Assembly: GCA_965240325.2 (NCBI GenBank) | Contig: OZ251238.1 | Location: 248,001-312,000 of the forward strand | Reading direction: 5' to 3' | Source: Rebecca billardiae RCC1528 | Taxonomy: Eukaryota; Protista; Haptophyta | DNA length: 64,000 nucleotides | In this document: piece after piece, positions 11,801-21,986 of the stretch | Layout of the letters: each line of letters starts with the position of its first letter | How positions within the stretch are numbered: position 1 is the first letter of the stretch | Notes under the pieces: model-generated | The model's input: only the letters and a program-made list of their open reading frames with translations | What the model was told of the DNA's origin: nothing | Database searches by the model: none | Program-made: the position numbers and the translations under genes

Positions 11801-12886
11801 TCCGTGGTGAACGTGCTGCTCGGCGGCATCGGCACCTCCACCACCTCCGGCGGCGAGGCGATGGTCTTTGAGGTGACGGGCGCCCGCGCGACACACGCGG
11901 CGCGCGGCGGGGCCGCGGCGCGCCGCGGCGCGGCGCGGGCCGCGCTGACGCGCTGCCGCGCTGACGCGCGCGCGGACGGCTGATCGCGCCCCGCCGCGGC
12001 ACTGCGCCGGCACCGCCGCGCGCGCCGCACGCAGGGCGAGCCCACCTTCACCGACATTGACGCGACGGCCGCGCAGATCGCGGGCGCCAAGGAGGTGACG
12101 CGCGCCGCCCGCCGCCCGCCCGCCACCCACCCACCCACCCGCACGGCGCGCGCGCCTCACGGCCGGCGCGCCCGCCGCGCGCGCGCCGCGTGCGCCGCAG
12201 GTGATCGTCGTGCCAGGCTACGGGCTGGCGGTGGCCAACGGGCAGCACGTGGTGGCGGAGCTGGCCACGCTGTGCAAGGAGATGGGCGTGCGCGTGCGCT
12301 TCGCCATCCACCCGGTCGCGGGGCGCATGCCGGGCCAGCTCAACGTGCTCCTCGCCGAGGCGGGCGTGCCGTACGACGACGTGTTCGAGATGGACGAGAT
12401 CAACGACGACTTTGAGAAGGCCGACCTCACCCTCGTCGTCGGCGCGAACGACACGGTCAACTCGGCGGCGGAGGAGGACCCGAACTCGCCGATCGCGGGC
12501 ATGCCCGTGCTCAAGGTCTGGAACTCGAAGGAGGTGCGGCGCAACGCGAGGCGCGCAACGCGAGGCGCGCGGCGCGCGGCGCGCAGCGCGCGCCTGCTGC
12601 GCCAGTGGCAGCGGCGGCGCGCGCGCTCGCACGTGCGAGGCGCGCGAGGCGCGCGCGCCCTCACGGCCGCGCCGCCCGCCCCTCCCGCTGCGTGCACACG
12701 CACGCACACACGCCCGCGCGCGCGTGCGTGCGTGTGCGTGCGCAGGTGGTGATCATGAAGCGCTCGATGGGCGCGGGGTACGCGGGCGTGGACAACCCCG
12801 TCTTCATCAAGGAGAACTCGTCCATGCTGCTGGGCGACGCCAAGAAGACGCTCGAGGCGCTCAAGGCCAAGCTCTCCGAGATGTGA
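8846..12886 (+). CDS. NNT: Mitochondrial NAD(P) transhydrogenase, single-chain alpha-beta, 1046 aa; join(8846..11111,11274..11422,11681..11872,12035..12094,12201..12533,12746..12886)
   Basis: Transit peptide, [29 protein letters not shown], Gx[105 protein letters not shown]. Five GT-AG introns; the exons sum to 3141 nt (in frame). Confidence 0.97.
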
Positions 12887-13509
12887 GCTCGAGCCTTCAG
12901 CCCGTCCTCCGCGCGTCAGCGTGGACGGCGGCCTCCACAGGCGGACCAAGGGGCGTGCCGGTCGGTCCAAACGCAGCCGCAGCAGCGGCGGCGGCGGCGG
13001 CGTGGACTCCAGCGCCGATCTGCTCCTCCATCCTCTCCCTACGCCGCACGCGCGGCCGAGTGCGCCGCAGCCGACGCGCGCACGCGTGCCACTGCCAGCC
13101 AGCCACGGCCGGCAGGCCGTCGCTGCCCTCCTCGCCCTCACGTCGCGGCCCCGGGCGGGTGGCGCTTGAGTTGCCAAGGCGACAGCGCGACAGTGGCCAG
13201 CCGCGGCACATCCGGGCGGCGGCACTCTCCGGACTCCCGCGTGCCCGTGCCCCGTGGCGACAAGTGGCCGCATCAGCAGCAGTGCGTGGCGTCGTGCAAA
13301 TATGAAATCAGATATGATATTGAGTAATATAAATGAGTACCGCCCCCATACGCGACTCTTCGTCTTCGGCTCACCACGACGATTCCCCCACGGGGACGGC
13401 GGTCATTTTCGTGAGAATCTCAAACGACTGTCCGTACCCGCATTTAAAAGGCACCAGCCTGAACCCTAAACAACCCGATTGTTAAAGAGGCGGCTCCTTT
13501 GGTAGGATA

Positions 13510-14128
13510 TTGATGGTGCAAGAAAACCTAGAGCCCCGACCGTTACACGGGTATATTAGGTCTCAGCGGTATGATGGCCATCCGGCGAATAAGTCATTCT
13601 GGGTCTCCCTGACACCATGATACAGGCCCAACACCCCCGGGGACCTGAGCATCACCCTGGGACCTAATATTGCAGTCTGAAGTTGGGTGGGTCACTCTCG
13701 ACGACGGCACGCGGACGGTCGTGATGCACGCGGGACAGCACATCAGGGGCATTCGGTGCACTAGCGAGGGTGGCATACGATGTCATCCCGACGTATGCAT
13801 CCGTAGTATACTTGCCCGGCCCCAGGCGCCCTGTCATCCGGCACAATGTCACGTGCGTGGGCTTCACGCGGTCGTGATCGCGGGGTTCAACATGCTGTTC
13901 CGAACGAGCGCACGCACGCGCGCCGGCGCGAGGCGAGCGAGAGGAATGCACCCCTCGCGTGCTCGCGCGGGCAAACGCACTTCACGAGCATCCCACAGGC
14001 GCCAAGAACTTCCTCCGATGGCGATGCGCAAGCCGCTAGCCCCCACAAGCGCGGGGCGAACCACGCCGCAGGGCGGTGTCGCCGCTTCCCGCGCTGGGCC
14101 GGGGCTCTAGGTTTTCTTGCACCATCAA
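13510..14128. mobile_element. MITE (Tc1/mariner-type, TA target) nested in the CACTA-like element
   Basis: Perfect inverted repeat TATTGATGGTGCAAGAAAACCTAGAGCCCCG at 13508-13538 and 14100-14130, including the outer TA. Confidence 0.85.
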
Positions 14129-14129
14129 T

Positions 14130-16262
14130 ACAACTCCAGCGGCTTGAACAAGCCGCCTTTCAATCTGCCTGCCCAGTTCTCGATCGGCCGCGCCCCGGGG
14201 GCCCCCGGCCCGGGCGGCGGAAGGAGGCTCGGGGAGGGAGGGGAGGATCAGGGCGGGAGCTGCCTCAACGTCAGGCGGCGGTTGGAGAGAAGGCGGCGGG
14301 GCGAGCGGCGCGGCGCAGGGCAGGCGCACACACCGCCCACACCGCCCGCATGGCGGGCGCGCGCGGGGCCGGTGGCACGGCTGCAGCGCGCGCGCACCGC
14401 AGGCCTTGATGTGCCCGAGCACACACACACTCGACGTCGCGCACGGTGCTGCAGCCGACCGACACCCAGCTCTGCGGATGTCTGACCCACGGCATCACGT
14501 ACTGCACGAACACGTCGCGGCCCGTTAGCAACGCCTCGCGGAAGCCATCGTACCGTGTGCCCTGCGACTTGTAGAACTGGACGTTGTGCGGCAGGCCGAT
14601 CGTCGCCATCACCTGCGCGCGTGCTGGGCCGGACGGCGCGACAGCGCGGGCGGTGGCGCGCGCGGGGGCGAGGCCAAGTCAGCAGGCATAAATATACAAC
14701 TCCGGGCGCGGCGCGCGAGCCCCGCTGCCCCGAGCAAGGCGCGGGGGCGCAGCGCGCGCCGCGCGCGGCACGCCCACGCAGCATCGGCGTGACACGCTTG
14801 GCGTGCGTCGAATCCAAGCGTTGCTGCGGGCTGCCGCGCTCGCAGTTTAATCAGTACATCACCACGTTGCCATCGTTGCCATCTAGCACAGCGCGAAGCT
14901 GCACCGCCCGCCGGCGGAGGCTGTGCCCACCCTCGTCGCGCGGTACAGCAAGATCCTGTGGTCCGTCCAACCCCAGTGACCCGTCCCCCACATCCGCGAG
15001 CAGCAGCACGCGGCGATCTTCGGGAGGCTGCTCACGCGCGTCGCAGCGCACTACCGAGCCGTGGACGCGACCAAGCGGACCGATATCCAGGTCGAGGCCA
15101 GCGCGCTCGACGTCACTGCCATCGGCCTCGTTGCTGAGGACCGCCAGTGTGTTGGCTGCGCGAGCTCGAGCTCCTATCTCATGTGCCGCTTGCCGCTCTG
15201 CGGCGCCGGCTGAGACTTCTTCGCGATCGCGTCTCTCACGGCGATCAAGCAAGGGCACGTGCTCGGCAGCTGGCGAGAGCAACACAGCGTCCGCGAGGTC
15301 AGCTGGGTTCTAGCTGCCAACGGCTTGCGCCCGCGCAACACCTGACCGCAACGAGCGTCTGCCGGCACGCCGGTGTGGACGCTCGACTTCCAGCACCATT
15401 TCAGATGCCATCAAGTCTAGGGAGCAGGCCGTGTGTAGCGAGTGCTAGAATAAGGCAGACCGCTAGCTGCACTGCGCCCAGCCGCGAGCGCAGTGGTGCC
15501 CGTACGCGGCGCTGCGGCACGCACGCGGTGTGCGCGAGCGCTGCGCGGGCCACCGGCGTGGCCCCGCTGCCCGGGCCGTCCACTCGGCCGCGTGGCGCGC
15601 CGCACCCGGCCGTCGCATGGACCCGGCGAGTGCCAGAGCCGGCGAGCAGTCGTCTACGCTACATCACGGGCCAAGCAGTGGGTAGTCGCGAGCACGATGG
15701 ACCAAGACGATCTTGCGATGTGGGCGCAGCGACGGCAACCTCACTTGGCACGCATCGGCGGCCTGAGCCGCCGGAGTGAACAAAGTCACAGACAAGGGGA
15801 TGCGTGCGCGGATGCGTGCGTTGGGCTCGGTGCATTCGCGCGTACATTCTGACACCCACGCCAGCTTCCTCTTCTCCTCCGGCGCACACTGCTTGGGCAG
15901 CGCGGGCGCCGTGTGGCGCGAGCACCACGAGCTCACAGTCTGGCTGACTCGCGCGGCGTCGTGCCGTCTGCACGCACATGTGGCGCACACTACCTCGGGC
16001 GGTTCGAGCAATCCATGCGCGCACGCGAATACGCCATGGACGCCGCGTCTCTCCCCCGCCCGTTCGGCCCCCGCGCGGCCCTGACTCGACTCGCACCCGT
16101 CCGCCGAGACCCAGCCCACTGCCCGCCGACTACCGAGGCTTTGGCAGCGGCTCTCGCGCCGGGGCGCCCTTTGCCGGGACGCTCCTTGTGGAACGCGAAG
16201 GTCGAGGGGTAGGTGAATAGGGCGGGCGGAGGTGATTCGAGGAATTGAAGGAACGACTTCAT
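14130..16262 (-). pseudogene. Degenerate spliced gene of unknown family inside the CACTA-like element
   Basis: Exon-like blocks (MKSFLQFLESPPPALFTYPSTFAFHKE..; ..GLDLDIGPLGRVHGSVVRCDARE..; VMATIGLPHNVQFYKSQGTRYDGFREALLTGRDVFVQYVMPW..; RLKGGLFKPLELY) are bounded by host-type GTGCGC/CGCAG splice signals and carry stops and frameshifts. Confidence 0.45.
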
Positions 16263-16434
16263 CAAGTGCCACTAATGATTTGCACCCGCGCGAAATACGT
16301 ACTTACATTACTCCGACGGTACCGCGAGTAGCTTTGTGAAATAGAGATCGGGACGGAAACCGCCGATTCGAACTTCTCCAAAATGTCCGCCCCTCCCACC
16401 CGGGAATCGTCGTGGTGCTCCGTCTCTCTCTCTG

Positions 16435-16435
<1 letters not shown>

Positions 16436-16502
<67 letters not shown>

Positions 16503-16561
16503 TACGCGGTTAATAACGACGGTACGTGTAGTCGTAGCGTATACTGTATAGCAGCAGCCTC

Positions 16562-16632
<71 letters not shown>
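16436..16632. repeat. (TA)n and (GA)n microsatellites
   Basis: (TA)n at ~16436-16500 and (GA)n at ~16564-16632. Confidence 0.97.
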
Positions 16633-16635
<3 letters not shown>

Positions 16636-16738
16636 ATGCAGCTACGGTACCGCCAGGTATATATGCATGAGTCTAGCTACTGAAGTGACGATCGGATATG
16701 CGCCTATTCTAGCGCGCAGTAATCTAGTACGACTACTA

Positions 16739-19035
16739 CAGGCAAGCGCGGGCAATAATAACGGGAGCTGTCACGTTAGGAAACTGGGGCTTGCTATCTG
16801 GCATCTGCGGATATGGCCTAGCCAACTGAGACTAGCGATTGGCTGGTTCGCTATACGCATACAGTCACACTAAGAAACCGGGACTACGTCGTCGCGGCTG
16901 ACGAGTGCCCGGAGTGCGGTCCGCCGAGGCGCCAGTCCCAGTCGGCCCGTGGGACGCGGCGCGCGGCCCGTCTACGAGTATACAGGCCAAGTCCCGACTT
17001 GTCCTGATGACTGACTCCTGGCCTCTGCTGCACCGCAGCATCCATGCAACAGATTTGCTTGCTCCAAAATGGCCCAAAACTTTCTTCGGCCTCGCCGGCC
17101 GGGCCTATAGACTCAACCGGCGGGCGGGGCGGCTCTACTCTGCCCGGCCCCCTGCGCCCCCCGCGCGCCTGCGCCGGCGGGCGGGCCACCTAGCTCAAAC
17201 GGAAACTGACGAGACTCATCTAGGGGGGCCAAACCGCTCATTAAAAAAAGAAAATCAAAGCCGCGGCGCATTTTCGCTCCTCCCTCGGCCTTTTAGGGTG
17301 GCGCGGAGCCTTTTTCTCGGACCCCGCTCGAAAATCGAGCTCCGACGCGTTCGGGCGCTCAGAGCTCGGTTCCGCTCGAGCACGAGCGGCCGGAGGCAGT
17401 GGACCGCCGCGCGCTCGCGTCCCATGAGACGCCGATATGGTCTCGGGAGCGCGCGCGCGTGACGCTGGTGGGCGCTTCTGACCCTTGTCTTTGCGCCACC
17501 AGCGGCTCACCACCCGGTTCTTGGCCACCTCGCGCCGTGCGCGGCGCGCGTCGGCCGGCTTGAATTGGTGCGCTGCGTACGCCCGTCACGCTACCGCTCC
17601 TTGTGGCTCAAGATCAACTCGCCCCGGGGAGATCGATGCTCGCCCCGAGTGTTCATGTGTATCCGTGGATGCCCAGCTCGCCTAACCTGCCCTGCTGCGC
17701 CGGAATCGCCGTCAGCAGACCTGCGCGAGCTCGCGCGCAACACCTCCGCGGAGCCCGCAACTGTCATGTTCCGCTCGTAGGGCCCGTGTTTGCACCTGCC
17801 GTGGCACTGGCGATGGTCAGCACGTTGGGTATGGGTCATGCGTGCCCCCAGATGGCGTCGGGGCGCCTCCCATTCGCCTCTCAGGACGTTGCGGACGTGC
17901 TCGCAGGCAGCGGTTGGCTCATTCGACAGGCCTCCGACGTGCACTCGACCGTGCCTACAAGCGCGCCCCTGTGACGCGCATGCCTGCAGAAGCAGACGCA
18001 GATGGGCCTCCATGCACGTGGTGCGCCCAAGACCGGCGGGAGCGTCAGAGATCGTCTCAATCTTGACACCTTGCACACGCCGGCGCTTGCCATTGGGCTC
18101 CGCGCAGCCAGCCAGGAGCGCCGAACAGCGCCGGATCAGCCTCTGTAGGCCGAATATCCGCCCCAACGCCCAGAAATAGCGCGGAACAGGGTAGGGCGTA
18201 CATATATGGACCGATCCCATCCGGCCTGGTTTGGTGCAGAGACGCCAGCCACCACCTGGAGCAGGCGTTTGCTGCCGAATCGCATGCTCGGCACTGTGCC
18301 GCACTGCGATGACGACAGATTTGACCTGCCTCGTAGGTCTCGGCCATGGAGCGGTGACGGTTGGCTCGAGTGACTTTAAACCTTGATTATGACCGAGAGT
18401 ACTCCCGGGCTGAGGACATGGGGCCGGTGCTTTGGGTCTACTATGTCTGCAATACGCCGTACGCGTGGCCGTATACACAGTCTGAAAACGTATCTCGCGG
18501 CTCGAGATCAGACGAGACTGTATTCATCAGCATGGCGTCTATATACACGGTGGGTATGTAACGACCAGTGGCTTCCGGGAAACTACGTGTTTGACAGCCT
18601 GCCAGTACACAGCTTATATCGCATGTTGGGACCTGCTGCTGCTGGGGACTCAGAACGATCTCGCCGAGATGCTCTATCAAAGTGAAGTCGACATGGTCTA
18701 TATGTCACATATAAGACAGCCGTTACATGCCGTTTCCAATAAGTTCAGGCTCATTCTAATAAGTAAATATGCTAGCCGTTACGCCCTATATTCAGGGTAT
18801 GTGCACCTGCTTTTTTTACTTGGCTGGCCCAGACCCCTCCAGAGGGCATATGATCCAGCCCCAATTCAGCGCTAAACACTCGCTAGGACCAGCGCTCGTA
18901 GCCGTCAGTCACGTCACAGTAGTGCCACTTTGGCCCCCCTAACTCATCTCCGTAGGCGGCTCGGGCTACCGAACGGCTAAGAAACCGAGACTATAGCCGT
19001 GAGATCTCCGACTTCTTATTGCCCGCGATTGCCTG
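16739..19035 (+). mobile_element. TIR-bounded repeat unit A (TA-CAGGCAATCGCGGGCAATAA ends), inverted paralog of 57271-59594
   Basis: Inverted ends at 16737-16758 and 19016-19037. 16747-17115 aligns to the reverse complement of 59165-59590, and 18990-19037 to the reverse complement of 57269-57358. Confidence 0.8.
17221..18941. mobile_element. hAT-like non-autonomous element nested in unit A
   Basis: TIR TAGGGGGGCCAAA / TTTGGCCCCCCTA. Flanking direct repeat ACTCATC at 17214-17220 and 18942-18948. The block is absent from unit B. Confidence 0.75.
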
Positions 19036-19294
19036 TATACTATTGATGTACTAGGTCCTACCTGACGCGCAGTGGCGTACTGCTCGCGGTAGCTAGTCGA
19101 GTACGGAGTACCGTTTTGACCGTCGTCGAGCCTCGAGGCATCGATCTGCACTCGTCGATGCCGCCGACATGGTAGCGCGTCGTCGTCGTCGTCGTCTGAG
19201 AGTGAGTCGATGATCGTCCTGGTAATAACTGATGCCAATAACGACTACAGCCGTGCGCGTGGCTGGCACCAGCGCCGAGCGTGGCGCACCGCGC

Positions 19295-20821
19295 TCACAT
19301 GAGCGTGATGCCGCGCGTCTCGTACGGCGCGGAGAGGACGAACGCGGCGCCGCTGAGCGAGACGAGCGCGTACGTCGCGAGCGCGCCCTTCATCGAGAGC
19401 TGGCTGAGCAGCTGCGCGACGAACGGCGTGGTGAGCCCGCCGATGCGCGACCACGCCGTCGCCCAGCCGACGCCGAGCGCGCGCAGCTGCGTGCTGTACA
19501 CCTCGGCGACGAAGACGAAGATCGACTGGAAGAGGCCGGTGACGAACGCGCGCATCATGAAGAGCGCGGCCGCCTGCACGTTCGCCGTCGTGCACGGCAC
19601 CAGCATGCCGAGCGCGAGCGCCATCAGCGCGGCGAGGCTCGCAATCATCGGCTTGCGCCCGACCACGTCGATCAGCCCGAGGCACGCGAGCACACCCGGC
19701 AGCTCGCCCGCCGTGGCGATGAGGTTGTGCACGTAGTCGTCCGCGGTGAGCGCGCGGCACGTGCTGTGCAGCTCGGCGCCCACGGCCTCGCCCCCGCCGC
19801 CCGCGCCGTGGTAGCCGCACGGATCCGAGGCGAGCAGCTCGGTGGTGAGCAGCACCGCGCCGTAGTAGCCAAAGCCAGCGCTGAACATCACGCCCCAGCA
19901 GGCGACGGTCGAGCGGCGCAGCGTGGGCGTGCCGAAGATGGCGCGCACGTCGCCCGCCGAGTGCGGCGTGCTGCTCTCGCGCACGAGCGCCGTCTCGGGC
20001 GGCACGAGGATGCCCTCGGGCAGCCCCTGCCCCGACGCGTCGAGGATGCGCGCGAGCACGCTCACCGCCTTGGACGGCTGGTCGGTCGCGAGGTAGAAGC
20101 GCGGAGACTCGGGGATGAACGGGACGAGGCCGATGAGGAGGAGCGCGGGCGTCGCGGTGAGCCCGACGAGCCACCGCCAGCCCAGCGTGGGCATGACCAG
20201 GCTCGCCGCCAGCGCCTGCGACACCGAGCCGAGCGTCCACCAGAGGCAGAGCGACATGATCAGCTGCCCGCGCGCGCCCTTTGGCATCACCTCGCACAGC
20301 AGCGAGAGCGCGACGGGGTAGCCGATCACGCCGATGCCGACGACGAGCCGCAGGAAGAGGAGCACGCGGAACGACGGCGCGAACGCGCACGCCACCCCCG
20401 CGACGAAGACGATGGAGCTCGAGAGCAGCAGAGACGCCTTGCGGCCGTGCACGTCTGCGATCGCGCCCCACAGCACCGCGCCGATCATCATGCCGATGAA
20501 GACGACCATGGTGAGCGACGCGGCCTGCGCGTCGGTGATGTGCCAGTCGCACCGCAGCGCGGGGCCGATGAACGCGAGGAGCAGGATCTCCATCCCATCC
20601 ATCGTCCATGCGATGCCGCACGTGACGTACATGAGCAGCCGCACGCGGTTCGAGAGCGGCAGCTCCTCGAGCGCGTCGTCGACGGTGTACGTCTGCTGCT
20701 TGACGAGGCCCGGCACGTCGGCTGCGTCGGAGAGCGCCTCGTCTGCGTCCTCGAACCGCTCCTCCACCACCAGCTGCACGTGCGGCGCCTCCGACGGGCG
20801 GGGGTCCTCCGTGCTCACCAT
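19295..20821 (-). CDS. MFS transporter, SV2/SVOP-like (508 aa, single exon)
   Basis: About 12 TM helices, AWTMDGMEILLLAFIGP.LRCDW, motif A GAIADVHGRK, LRLVVGIG, LGWRWL, PESPRFYL, ELPG, IDVVGRK, SRIGG..TPFVAQ, PYETRG. Confidence 0.93.
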   Translation of the reverse strand: MVSTEDPRPSEAPHVQLVVEERFEDADEALSDAADVPGLVKQQTYTVDDALEELPLSNRVRLLMYVTCGIAWTMDGMEILLLAFIGPALRCDWHITDAQAASLTMVVFIGMMIGAVLWGAIADVHGRKASLLLSSSIVFVAGVACAFAPSFRVLLFLRLVVGIGVIGYPVALSLLCEVMPKGARGQLIMSLCLWWTLGSVSQALAASLVMPTLGWRWLVGLTATPALLLIGLVPFIPESPRFYLATDQPSKAVSVLARILDASGQGLPEGILVPPETALVRESSTPHSAGDVRAIFGTPTLRRSTVACWGVMFSAGFGYYGAVLLTTELLASDPCGYHGAGGGGEAVGAELHSTCRALTADDYVHNLIATAGELPGVLACLGLIDVVGRKPMIASLAALMALALGMLVPCTTANVQAAALFMMRAFVTGLFQSIFVFVAEVYSTQLRALGVGWATAWSRIGGLTTPFVAQLLSQLSMKGALATYALVSLSGAAFVLSAPYETRGITLM

Positions 20822-21369
20822 GGGTGCACGCGCGAAATCACGACGGGCGTATCCTCAGCGCCCAGCGGTTCCTCAGGCGGTTGCTCAGGCGAGAAGATCA
20901 GAAGAAGCGCCTGGCGAGGAGCGGGGATTCCCGTCTCTTGTATTAATCATCAGTATCGTCCGCCATACTTGTATTAATTACAGTTTATTTGTTTTAACGT
21001 GCGTAAGGCTCACGGTGGCAGGTTGCCGCGCCATCCTTCATCGCACGCTCTCCGAAGAGAGATAGGCCGACCTCCGCTTCCGCCGCTGCCACAGTGCTGC
21101 TCACGGCTCACCAGCCTGGGAGGCCGCTCGCCAGCCGGGGATCGGTGTCACGCCCCGTTGGGGGACGCAAAGGCTCCGGCGGGAAGCCGAGACGCACGAC
21201 TCCGAGGGTCACGCTGCACTCAGCGAGGAGTGCTGAGTGCAGCGATCTAGCTCCGGTGTCGCTGCTCGCAGCCGTTGAGAAGGAGTTGCGTCCCCCAACA
21301 AGGCACCATGGGTCGCCCCAGAACTCTCCGCGCGCTCGCGCCTGCGCGGCGAGCGCTTGATGCAGGCTT

Positions 21370-21871
21370 GTTCTCATCAATTTGGCCAAGACTGCAGCCC
21401 GCCAGATGCGCGATGACGCGTGCATACGCCTCTCGGCGTGGCATGGGTGCGTGCGGCACGCATCGTGTCGTAGTCTACGCCGAGGAGGCTTGACCATCCG
21501 GCCAGCCGACCTGCCGCGATCACGTTCAAATGCAGGCGGCAGGCTGCATGCGGGCGCACGCACCGGAAGCATCTCAAGCCCGACAAGGTAGTGGCGGCGG
21601 AGCGTGTAGAGCGGGGTTCGACGGCAGACTGTTTTTCTATCAACCGGCCTTGGTCGTCACATGGCACGGGCTAGACGCAGCCAACACAGAGTGCTTGCAG
21701 CTTGCAGCGGGCCCGCCGCTGCCGACTTCACGCCGCGGCTCGTCGCGCACGTGCGCCGCGAGTAACCCCTGTGTCAAGGCGAGGCACCTCGGCAAGTCGA
21801 AGCAGCATGTCTTGGCAACGTCTTTCGCCACAGCTCAGCGTCTTAGTACGAGGATGTGCCAACGACGTGCC
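21370..21871 (+). repeat. Dispersed repeat (paralog at 35533-36022; more diverged copy ~975-1055)
   Basis: Shared blocks GGCACGCATCGTGTCGTA, ACCTGCCGCGATCACGTTCAAATGCAGGCGGCA, GTGCGCCGCGAGTAACCCCTGTG and CCAACGACGTGCC. Confidence 0.85.
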
Positions 21872-21986
21872 GCGGGGCCGCCACTACTCTTGCACTACCG
21901 CCGGCACCCGCACCAGCGGGCCGAAGCCTCCATTTTACCGCACGTTTTGGCTGATGTCGCCGCGGGAGCCGTTATTGGGCTCTCGT

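Larger units (their letters stand above)
13372..16417. mobile_element. CACTA/CMC-like TIR element (~3.05 kb) with degenerate intron-containing cargo on the minus strand
   Basis: Perfect 16-bp TIR CACCACGACGATTCCC / GGGAATCGTCGTGGTG, extending imperfectly to ~45 bp (GGCGG.CATTTT..GAGAA). 2-bp TSD CT at 13370-13371 and 16418-16419. Confidence 0.75.

Noticed and set aside
8726-12160. 1144-aa minus-strand ORF (and similar long ORFs 19232..20977, 28239..32123, 27361..30363, 53987..55621, 60477..62621)
   Set aside because: These are antisense or alternate-frame shadows of real GC3-rich genes. Stops are rare at this GC content and the translations are Arg/Ala/Gly noise.
11112-12745. Introner-type repeated introns
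   Set aside because: The introns share composition but no alignable sequence or terminal repeats that I could detect.
16010-16045. GVFACAHG peptide resembling the KDZ transposase CxH motif
   Set aside because: It falls in a probable intron of the cargo gene, and no other KDZ motifs are visible.
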